The position numbers and the translations under genes were made by a program. The notes below the pieces were generated by a model, which saw nothing but the letters and a program-made list of their open reading frames with translations, was not told the origin of the DNA and made no database searches. Of a stretch of DNA of 64,000 bases, positions 52,328 to 63,012 are shown piece by piece (position 1 is the stretch's first letter; every line of letters begins with the position of its first letter). This DNA is from Mobula hypostoma (lineage: Eukaryota), in assembly GCF_963921235.1 (NCBI RefSeq), contig NC_086108.1:69008001-69072000 (forward strand). The letters are read 5' to 3'.

Positions 52328-52846
52328 ACACACATAAAAGTTGCTGGTGAACGCAGCAGGCCAGGCAGCATCTCTAGGAAGAGGTACGGTCAACGTTTCG
52401 GGCCGAGACCCTTCGTCAGGACTAACTGAAAGAAGAGCTAGTAAGAGATTTGAAAGTGGGAGGGGGAGGGGGAGATCCAAAATGATAGGAGAACACAGGA
52501 GGGGGAGGAATGGAGCCAAGAGCTGGACAGTTGATTGGCAAAAGGGATATGAGAGGATCATGGGTCAGGAGGCCTAGGGAGAAAGAAAAGGGGGACGTGG
52601 GAAGCCCAGAGGATGGGCAAAGCTCCTTCCCTCCCCCTCCTGTCTTCTCCTATCATTTTGGATCTCCCCCTCCCCCTCCCACTTTCAAATCTCTTACTAG
52701 CTCTTCTTTCAGTTAGTCCTGACGAAGGGTCTCGGCCCTAAACGTCGACCATACCTCTTCCTAGAGATGCTGCCTGGCCTGCTACGTTCACCAGCAACTT
52801 TAATGTGTGTTGCTTGAAATTCCAGCATCTGCAGATTTCCTCGTGT
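52328..52846. mobile_element. ~520-bp fold-back Penelope-derived element
   Basis: ~185-bp inverted arms (52328-52515, 52622-52810), each with a hammerhead-like core; imperfect TSD TACAGTAATGAC / TATAGCAATGAC. Confidence 0.85.
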
Positions 52847-54632
52847 ATAGCAATGACTGTTTGAGAAAGAAAATATGATAATCACAATACAAGCCTGGGT
52901 GTACCAATACCAGGACAGATTCAGCATGAGCAATGCCCTTCTGAAAAAGAATGTGCAATTTAGTTAATAAAATTTAACAAGTGCTAAGTTTTCTCAAGGA
53001 GTAGAATTTAGACAATAGATTAATGCATACATCGGTCACATGCGCAAGAGGCTGCCAGGAAATGTGATGGTGTGGAACCAAAGGCAGTAGTGGAATTAGT
53101 GGAAACGTGATACTCCCTGACATTAGGTTGTGGTGTGAGATAAGAATGCCAATGAAAAGCATACCTGCTATTACATTAAGAGAATGTTTTGTTCAGAGAT
53201 AGATATGTGGAATTGGCTATTTGTGTACCTGCCAGCGAGAGCTCCACACATTGACTTTGTTGTGGGAGAAAAATAAAGCATGGGAATGAGAGACAGGGCT
53301 GGAGGATGTCTATAGTGGAAGTAAGTCTATGAAGGCCACGGTGAAATGTTATCATTTGCTCTGACATACTTGGAAAGGTTTTGAAAAACATGTATAATTA
53401 TAGTTACTATCATTAATCTATATTTAATGGATGCATTGGTCTGTGTTAAATTTGGGGTTCATAACTGACCTTTCAAAACTTTTGTTTTTAAGGTTACTTA
53501 AACCGAAAGCAACACCCACGCACACGTGTAATTAATCATACATAAAGCCTCTCAGAAAAGTGATTAATTTCCATCCTGAGATTCATGATAATATCTGTAG
53601 TATATCCAAAATTGCTAAATATTGAGGCATATTATGTTAAGGTTGCAATGTATATTTAAATAGTTATTGTAGTTTTAGGTTTATTTGCATTTTAAGGGAA
53701 AACAGTACAGTATATTACTTGTGTAAGTGCCTTTAAAAATTGTGTGCTATGTGGCATGACTTCTGATACATTGTTGTTTTAGCGATTGAGTGCTGTTCAA
53801 CTTTAAAAAGAATGCTCAAGTAAAAGAAAAATATCTTTACTTATTTTGCTAAACAGCAATATGGACACTAATAATAGCAACTGCCAGCAAGTACCAATGG
53901 TGCATATTCATTCATGATTTCACTTTGGCTTTAATGGTACACTGTGGAGAAAGTCTATAGCATGTTTCAATATTAAGCTCAATATTAAAATGATTACTAT
54001 TAATTCAGGGTTTAGAGTAGACAGTAAATATGTTTTATGTAAAATATTAAAATCTGATCACAATCTTTGAGGAAAGTTTAAGAAGCAATTATTTAAATCA
54101 CTTTACAATTAGTTGATTACTTTTTGAAGTGTAGTTATTATTCTGAATTTGAAAACATTGGCGACCATTTTGCACATACTAAGTTCACAGTAGGCAGCCG
54201 TCAATCCCAGGGGATCATGGGTTTGTGCCTCTGGTGGACTGTGTCCTCTCCAGGGTGCAAGCCTGGGCAGGAAGATTTGAAGAACCGGCTGTTGCCCATG
54301 CAGCGGGTTCCCCCTCTCCACGTCACTGAGGTAGTCCAAGGGAAGGTCAAGTGCCGTTACAGCTTGGTACCTGTGGTAAACCATATATATATATGTTGTA
54401 ACTGGGTTACCTGTCTGGACTCGCCCCTCTGCTGACTGCCCCTATGGCTCCTCCCACAGAGCCCTGAATAAAGGCGATTGGGCCATGGCTCCTCCTCTCA
54501 GTCCAGGGGCAGACACTCAGCATGCTGGAGGTCACATTTTACTGCTAATAAAAACCTTTCAGTATTTAGTCTACTTCCAGTCTTTTGGAGTTATTGACGG
54601 TGCATCAATTTTATTAGCAGTAATTTTAAAGC

Positions 54633-55373
54633 ATGAAATGGTCTCTGAGACCTGACAAGTTAGACCTCGACCCGCAAACACCTGAAGCTGGAAACAGTTT
54701 CGAACTCTGGCTGGCCTGTTTTGAATCATACCTAGAGGCGGTTGAAGTGACTGAGTCCACAGTGAAGCGCAGAGTTCTCCTTTCCAGGGTCAGTCCACGA
54801 GTCTACTCGATGATCAGAGACCAGCCAAGCTACGACAGCGCGATGAGCGCCCTCAAAGGACAATACCTGTGGCCGGTAAACACCGTCTACGCGCGGCATT
54901 GCTTAGCGACACGGCACCAGCGGCCCAGGGAGTCGAGTGCTGAGTTTGTCCGGGCACTACAGACACTCGTGCAGACCTGCCCCTGCCAAGAGCTGACGGC
55001 AGAACAGCATGCGGAGATCCTAGTGAGAGACGCTTTCGTCATGGGGACCAGGTCAGTGTATGTGCGCCAGCGGCTGCTGGAAAAAGCTGACCTTACCTTA
55101 CGTTCGGTGATTGAACTGGCTGACACGCTGGAGGCCGCTCTGCACAACTCTGAGGCTCTCCAGGCACGCAATCCCCCGATGGCCTTGTGGGTGCCACAGA
55201 CCCCGCAACCCGCCGGCAAATCGACCTCGGCTGCTGCCAGTTGCGAGTCCGCAAAGTGCTACTTTTGCAGACTGGAGAAGCACCCCCAGAAACGCTGCCC
55301 GGCCCGACAAGCTACCTGCTCCAGCTGCAGAAAGAAGGGCCACTTCGCCAAGGTCCGTAAGTCCAAACCGTGA
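54633..55373 (+). pseudogene. Gypsy Gag with two zinc knuckles
   Basis: CYFCRLEKHPQKRC and CSSCRKKGHFAKVR (second knuckle lacks its final Cys). The TGA is followed in frame by the protease region. Confidence 0.85.
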
Positions 55374-58300
55374 TTGGGATTGAGCAGCACCAAGTGCGAG
55401 ACATGGGGGTTGCCATCTTGCCTGCCGCCATCTTCCCTGCACGCCGCCACCACATGTGAGACATGGGTGCGGCCATCTTGGTCGCCGCCACCTCACACCG
55501 CCTACGACCAACGGGTGCTCACGGGGCACCCCACTGCGCCGGACCAAGACCGCGACCCAACCCTGGCTTCCGTGACCCTCGACCAAAGCGCTCCCCACCA
55601 GATCACAAGGTCAATGATAGACATCCTGGTGGAGGGGCACAGGACAAGCTGCCTGTTTGACACAGGCAGCACAGAGAGTTTTATCCACCCGGACACGGTG
55701 CAGCATTGCGGACTCGTGATACGGCCGGTAAGTCAGAGGGTCACCATGGCTTCCAGGTCGCATACAACAGACATCCGGAGGGGTTGTGTAGTGATACTAG
55801 TGGTGCAGGGCACAGAATATCGAGACTTTACGTTACTGGTCATGCCTCAACTGTGTGCCCCTGTGCTAATGGGGCTCAACTTCCAGAGCCACCTGAAAAG
55901 CGTGACAATGGAGTATGATGGGCCCCTCCCACCAATTACTGTCGTAAATCCCCAGTTTTGTAGAGATATGTCACATACCCCGCTACTGACCACACACACA
56001 CACCGACCTGCACATCCCACCCAACACCATGCCAACAGCCGCACTACCGACACCACTTGCGGCCTCTCCACCCTCAAGATCCCTCCCCCACCGCTGTTTG
56101 CCAAACTGACCCCTGACTGTAAACCTGTGGCAACTAAAAGCAGGAGGTACAGCGCGGGGGACAGAGCTTTCATTAAGTCGGAGGTGCAGCGGCTGCTCAG
56201 GGAGGGGTCATTGAGACAAGCACAAGTCCTTGGAGGGCGCAGGTGGTCGTTGTTCGGAACGGGGAGAAAAATAGGATGGTCGTGGACTATAGCCAGACCA
56301 TCAATAGGTTCACGCTGCTCGACGCATACCCTCTACCCCACATTGCGGATATGGTCAATCAGATAGCATAGTACAAGACCTAAAATCCACTTACCATCAG
56401 CTGTCCATCCACCGGGAGAACCGCCCTTACACTGCCTTCGAGGCGGACGGCAGGCTTTATCACTTCCGGTGCGTCCCCTTTGGTGTCACGAATAGTGTAT
56501 CTGTCTTCCAGAGGGCGATGGACCGGATGGTGGACAAGTGCCAACTGAAGGCCATGTTCCCATATCTGGATAACATCACCACCTGCGGTCACGACTGGCA
56601 GGATCACGACAACAACCTCCAAAAATTCCTCCAAGCAGCCAAAGCTTTCAATTTCACCTATAACAAGGACAAGTGTGTGTTTGGAACCACCCAACTTGCT
56701 ATCCTTGGGTGTGTCGTGGAGAACGGAGTCATTGGCCCTGACCCCAACCGTATGCGCCTACTGTTGAACGCCCTCTTCCCAACATCCTCAGAGCCCTCAA
56801 GAGGTGCCTGGGCTTCTTTTCATATTACGCCCAATGGGTCTCTAACTACGCAGACAAGGCCCGCCCCCTGGTCAAGTCCACCACATTCTCCCTCTCAGCC
56901 GAGGCCCTCGCGGCCTTCAGCCGCATAAAAGGGGACAATGGAGTATGATGGGCCTCTCCCATCCCAGCAATGCATGCGGTGGATGAGGCCATTCCCTTCC
57001 AAGTAGAGATTGACGCCTCCGACTTCGCACTGGCTGCTACCCTCAACCAGGCAGGAAGACCAGTGGTGCTCTTCTCCCGTACCCTTCGAGGCCTTGAAAC
57101 TCGGCACTCCGCAGTGGAGAAAGAGGCCCAGGCCACAGTGGAAGCTATTAGGCACTGGAGGCACTATCTCGCCAGCAAAAGGTTCACCCTGCTAACTGAC
57201 CAGCGCTCAATCGCATTCATGTTTAATAATCAGCAGCGGAGCAAAATCAAAAATGATAAAATTCTGAGGTGGAGAATTGAACTCTCCACCTACAACTATG
57301 ACATCATGTACAGGCCTGGGAAGCTCAACAAGCCCTCTGATGCCCTATCCCGGGGAACGTGCGCCAGCGCGCAGATCGACCGGCTATACGCCCTACATGT
57401 AGATCTTTGCCACCCGGGAGTCACCCAGTTTTTCCACTTAGTGAAAGCCCGGAACCTGCCTTACTCCCTTGAGGAGATCAGGGCGATGACCAGGGACTGC
57501 CAAGTCTGCGCAGAGTGCAAACTGCACTTCTGCCGACCAGAAAAGGCACAACTCATCAAGGCCACCTGCCCCTTTGAGCAACTGAGTGTTGACTTTAAGG
57601 GCCCCCTTCCCTCCACCGACTGCAATGTGTACTTTCTGAACGTTATCGATGAGTACTCGCGGTTCCCCTTCGCCATCCCCTGCCCCGATACCACTACCAC
57701 GTCAGTTATAAAAGCCCTGCGCAAGCTCTTCACTCTGTTTGGATACCCATGCTATATCCACAGTGACAGAGGGTCCTCGTTTATGAGTGACGAGCTGCGC
57801 CAATATCTACTGGCTAGGGGAATTGCAACTAGCAGGACCACGAGCTATAATCCCCGGGGGAATGGACAGGTAGAGAAGGAGAATGGCACAGTGTGGAAAG
57901 CCACACTCTTAGCCCTCAGGTCAAAGGGACTGCCGGTCTCCCGCTGGCAGGAGGTCCTTCCCAAGGCACTCCACTCCATCTGCTCCCTGTTATGCACATC
58001 CACCAACGCCACCCCTCATGAGCGGCTCTTTTCTTTTCCCAGAAAGTTGACCACTGGGACCACCCTACCATCTTGGCTGACGTCCCCAGGGCTAGTGCTG
58101 CTCCGAAAACATGCGAGGTGCAATAAATACTCCCCGATCGTCGAGAGGGTTCACTTACTTCATGCGAACCCCCAGTATGCCTATGTGGTTTTACCTGATG
58201 GGCGGGGGGACACGATCTCCATCCGCGACCTGGCGCCCGCAGGAGCACCGGGCCCTTACCCTGAACACTCCATGGTGACTATTAACCCCGTATCCACCGA

Positions 58301-58523
58301 TATATATACCCACCAGACACTGCGCACTCCAAGCCCTACACAGACACCACACGACACTCCCATACCAGGCACGATGCACATGCACGAGGGATTAACAACG
58401 CCTAACGTGCTGGCACCTCAAGTCAGGCCGGGGCCAGCACAACCACTGTCACCGGTGCTACATAGATCACAGCGACGGACTCGACCGCCTGACAGACTTG
58501 ACCTGTATATATACTTGTTTTAA
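55374..58523 (+). pseudogene. Gypsy Pol (protease, RT, RNase H, integrase), frameshifted in RT
   Basis: LFDTGSTES protease; PFGV and YLDN RT; IDASD and TDQ RNase H; HHCC plus VDFKGP / HSDRG / NGQVEKEN integrase (56970-58523 is open). Confidence 0.9.
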
Positions 58524-60297
58524 ATATTGTCAGTCACTTCACCCCGCGGGACTCTTTTTTAAAAAAAGAGGGGTGAATGTGGTAAACCATATATATATGT
58601 TGTAACTGGGTTACCTGTCTGGACACGCCCCTCTGCTGACTGCCCTCTGTCCTCCCACAGACCTCTGAATAAAGGTGGTTGGGCCATGGCTCCTCTTCTC
58701 AGTCGAGGAGCAGACACTCAGCATGCTGGAGGTCACATTTTACTGCTAATAAAAGCCTTTCAGTATTTACTCTACTTCCAGTCTTTTTGAGTTATTGATG
58801 GTGCATCAGTACCAGTGTCATCACAGAGGTTGCCAGAGTGAAGTTGTAAACAACATCAAACTGCCTTAGGGACCCCGGCTCCGGATTTCTTCCTTGGGGT
58901 TTACTCCTGAAGCCTTTCCCATGAGTGGGTATGACCGCAAGGCAGCAGAGGTTTAGAATCAGAGTATTCCTTTTCCTGGGCAGGCTGTCGCCCAAGGCTG
59001 ACCAGCCCCACCTACACAAAGCAACTGATTTTGAGGCGCCTGTGGTCTGCCTTTGCCTCTTCTCTTGTCAGTAGAGACAGTTCCGTCGGGCCTAGTAGCT
59101 CAGCCATACGTGAAGGTCAAGAGTTGGACTTGGTTGTCAAAGGCTGTTAGAGATGCACGCCATTTGGAGCACTTGATAGGTAGTGGGAGCTTATCCCCAT
59201 TACCACCCCCCGCTATGACAACCATAGGAACCAAGTTCATACAGGTAACAAATACATAAAATGAGCAACATTTTTGCCAGGGTTGGTGGAGGAAAAGAAC
59301 TGACAGTATTTTTTTTAAGATGGGGAATTTCTCAAACCAACTGAACAGGAACATAAATTTAAAGAAGTGGCGATGCTTCTTGGTTTATTAAACTGCATTT
59401 GGTGCATTTAGAAAATCTTTATTACATGCTAACAGTGTTGCATATTCAAGCTAAGCACAGATTAGCTTGTTCTTGATTTCTTTGAGTTGCCTTGAAACAA
59501 CATTGCAAAGGGCATGCTGCTCATAAACTTCTTTCATGTGAAATGATCCAAGTTTGCAAATCATGACATGATGTTGGATTTACAGACTTTGTAGTCTGGA
59601 GAAATTGCTATCCTATCAGTAATCCCACTCTTTCAGGAGCATTCGAGAACAGGGGAAATTGCAAATGTCTTGCTAGTTGTGAGCCGGTCCAGCACCATTC
59701 TATCTGTTTACTAAAAAGAATTTTCATGGTTCAGGTCTCTGAAATTATTCCTTTGTCTCAAACTTGCAAAGTGGATGGAAAATGCTCATCCTTTTTTTTG
59801 CAATTAGAGAAATTCCGTGACCTAGGAATACAAGATTCTTTACCCAAAAAGATGAGAAACTTTAGAATTTGTTAAAATAGCACTCCAATAATCCAACACC
59901 CAAATACTTGGAGTGATATCAGTTCAATATCTGACCCACTCATAACTACAGTGTGTGAGCCAAAAGCCCAGGCTTCAAGCAAGATCTGCAGCTGGAGACA
60001 GGGTCCAGAGTCCATGTACATACCACATAACCTCTGGGTTCACCAGAAAATTTATCAAACCACAGAGTGATGTGAAAAAAATAATGAAAATTAAGCGTGT
60101 TTGGGTATTATTTTAAAAGTAACTTCCAATAATCTCTGCTAGTATGGAACCACAAGTCTCAAGTATGCCGATTTTTTGAGATTTTACTGTATTAGAATGA
60201 GAAGTTGAAACAAAAGGATTTACAGTAAATGAGCAAAGAGGAAACTCGAATGGAGCATGAATATAATCATAGAATATTGGGCAGAAGGCCTGTTTTA

Positions 60298-60900
60298 AAC
60301 ATAGAACATAGAGCACAGCGCAAGCCCTTTCACCCACGATTTTGTGCCAACCTTTTAACCTATTCCAAGATCAATCTAATGCTTCCCTCCTGCATAAGCC
60401 TCCATTTGTCTGCCATCCATGTGCTTATGTAAGAGTCTCTTAAATGCCCATAATGTCTCTGCTTCTACCACCATTACGTGCACCTACCACTCTTTGTGTT
60501 AAAAACAACTGCCTTCGACATCCCCTGAACATATTAAAGTTATGCCCCATTGTATTAGCTATTCCTGCTCTGGGAAAAAGTCTGGCTATCCACTCAATCT
60601 ATGCCTCTTATCATCTTGTACATCTCTATCAAGTCACCTCTCATCCTCCTTCACTTCAACAAGAAAAGCCCTAGCTTATTCACCTTTTCCTCTTATGACA
60701 TGCTCTCTAATCCAGTCAGCATCCTGCTGAATCTCCTCTGTATTCTCTCTCTCTCTCTGGAGTTTCCGCATCCTTCCTATAATTGAGGCGACTAGAACTT
60801 CACACAATAAGCTAGGTGTGGTCTAACCAGAGTTTGATAGAGCTGCAACATTACCCCACAACTCGTGAACTCAATGCCCACACTAATGAACACTAACGCA
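60298..60900 (-). mobile_element. CR1 3' fragment
   Basis: acatagaacatag tail and minus-strand RGDLIEMYKMIRGID. Confidence 0.75.
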
Positions 60901-61387
60901 TTAAGCCCATGTGGTTTTGGTGCCATATTGCCTCAGCGGTCCCCTAATGGCCTGAGTTTCTGAAATGCAGTCTCTAAAGTTTTGCATAGTGAGTAGATGG
61001 ACAAGAAAATTAGTTTAAAAGAGCTTGTAGCAGTTAAGGCATTGGTAAATTGTTAAAAATGTGGAGGAACAGTAATTAGTTGTTCATTTTTGTATCATTT
61101 GTTCAGTTATGTGAGTTAAAAAATAAAATGTACAGTTGTTACACAGTGTACGCCTGCTAATTGTACTAGTGTTAATAGATAAGCAGCAGACAGAAGTCCA
61201 ATTGGCTAGATTCCACTAGAATAAACATAGCTTGTACAAAGCAAACAAAGTCCACAAAATATCCCATCAATAGAGAGCTATAATGTTTGAAAAGACTGTT
61301 AGAACTGTTCCATTCTTCCAGAAACTTGGACTTATCCTACTTTCATTGGGAAAATATATTTAATTTATAGTTGGGTTGTTATAGCTG

Positions 61388-61780
61388 GAGGTGGTAGTGC
61401 AGATAAGTTCCCACTATCTATTAAATGCTCCCATTGGCGTGTGCCTCAAATAGCCTCTAACAACCAAGTCCTGGCCTTCACATGCAGCTTAGCAACTAAG
61501 CTTGGTGGAATAGTTTCTACTGAGAGGAGAAGGGGCAAAGGCAGTTATATTGGCACCTTAAAACCAGTTGCTTCAGGCGGATGGGGCTTGTCAGCTGTGG
61601 TTGGCAGCTCATCTGGGAGAAGATGATATCAAACCTCCATTACCTTGCAGATATACCTAATCAAGGGAAAGGCTTCGGGAGTAAATCCTGAGGAACTATC
61701 CGGAAATGGAGTCCCGAAGGCAGTCCTACGTTGAGTTCAATGCTGACTCGCAACTCCTGCAATGCCACTAGTATCAGTCC
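61388..61780 (+). mobile_element. 5' part of the same non-coding retroposon family as 58814-59220
   Basis: Colinear similarity (ataagttcccacta...acaaccaagtcc...ctactga...gcaaaggcag...aaaggcttcgggagtaaa). Confidence 0.6.
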
Positions 61781-61785
61781 CTGCC

Positions 61786-62690
61786 ACTCGAAGTACCTCA
61801 GACAGCAGGCAGGGGATATGGAAATGGAAGTGGGTGAAGCAGAGCCAGAGGACCAGGGGCCACGGCAGGATAAGCCACTGCATGGGATGTACTATCACCA
61901 GATATCACAGGTGGCTGACATAAGAAAGTCCTACCAATTGCTGGAAATGGCAGGGCTGAGGTACAGCACAGGGGCACTGCTCATGGATGCACAAGAACAG
62001 GTGCTGAGCACAAGAGCCAAAGAAGCAGGGGTCGATCACACCAGACAAGACCCAAGATGCAAACTGTGCAAGGAATCCGCTGAAACCATCCTGCACATAG
62101 TAGCAGGGTGTAAAGTGCAGGGAGGGACAGCACACACTGAACGGCATAACCAAGTTTCAGGATTTGTGCACAGGAACATTTGGGCTGAGTATGGACTGGA
62201 CACTCCCAAGTCCAAATGGGAAACTCCCGAGAAGGTAGTGGATAATGACAGAGCTAAGATCCCGTGGGACTTCTAAATACCGGCTGATAAGCAACCTGAC
62301 ATAGTAATACTGGACAAGGAACAGAAGAAAGCAATAGTAATAGATGTGGCAATCCTGAATGACAGTAACATCAGGAAGGAAGAATATGAGAAGCTGGAGA
62401 AATACCAGGGCTTGAAAGAGCAGATAGAAAGGATGAGGAAGGTTAAAGTCACAGTAACCCCGGTGGTGATAGGAGCACTTGGAGCTGTGACACCTCGAAT
62501 GGGAGAGTGGCTCCAACATATCCCGGGAACAACATCTGAGATCTTGGTCCAGAAGAGTGCACTACTAGGAACAGCAAGGATACTGCGCTGAGCCCTCAAG
62601 CCAAGCTCCCAGGCCTCAACCCCAGGTTGAGGGGAAAATACACATACACACCACCCATAAGGAGTGAGGGAAAAATTTTATATATATATG
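61786..62690 (+). mobile_element. R4/Dong (Rex6-like) non-LTR retrotransposon, 3' fragment
   Basis: KPLHG, AQEQVLSTR, a CKLC...ETILHIVAGC zinc knuckle, RHNQV, and an RLE endonuclease (PDIVILDK...IDVA...KLEKY...PVVIGALG). Confidence 0.85.
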
Positions 62691-62691
62691 T

Positions 62692-63012
62692 TGGCGCACG
62701 GCCAGGTGGTTAAGGCGTTCGTCTAGTGATCTGAAGGTTGCTAGTTCGAGCCTTGGCTGAGGCAGTGTGTTATGTCCTTGAGCAAGGCACTTAACCACAT
62801 ATTGCTCTGCGACGACACCGGTGCCAAGCTGTATGCATCCTAATGCCCTTCCCTCAGACAGCATCGGTGGCATGGAGAGGGGAGACTTGCTGCATGGACA
62901 ACTGCCGGTCTTCCATACAACCTTACCCAGGCCTGTGGCCTGGAAACCTTCCAAGGCCAAGGCGCAAATCCATGGTCTCACGAGACTAACGGATACCTAT
63001 GAATGATGATGA
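62692..63012 (+). mobile_element. tRNA-derived SINE with a (TGA)n tail
   Basis: A-box-like CGGCCAGGTGG (62699-62709), B-box-like AGTTCGAGCC (62743-62752), a gtccttgagcaaggcacttaac core, and a tgatgatga end. Confidence 0.8.

Larger units (their letters stand above)
54372..58808 (+). mobile_element. Full-length Ty3/Gypsy LTR retrotransposon, mutated
   Basis: LTRs 54372-54607 and 58578-58808 (TG...CA; by eye about 13 substitutions and 2 indels), 5-bp TSD GTACC, PPT at 58561-58577, and domain order gag-PR-RT-RH-IN. Confidence 0.96.
54190..59220 (-). mobile_element. ~590-bp non-coding retroposon (probably RTE-derived), split by the Gypsy element
   Basis: 54190-54371 and 58814-59220 join across the GTACC TSD. 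The 5' part resembles 61388-61780 and the 3' part resembles the SINE body 62815-63000. RTE origin is inferred. Confidence 0.6.

Noticed and set aside
55371..55373. Programmed gag-pol stop-codon readthrough
   Set aside because: An in-frame TGA is simply explained by CGA-to-TGA decay in an element with several other lesions. A family consensus is needed to say more.
62692..62765. Functional tRNA gene
   Set aside because: The acceptor stem is poor, there is no T-run terminator, and the sequence continues into a SINE core and tail.
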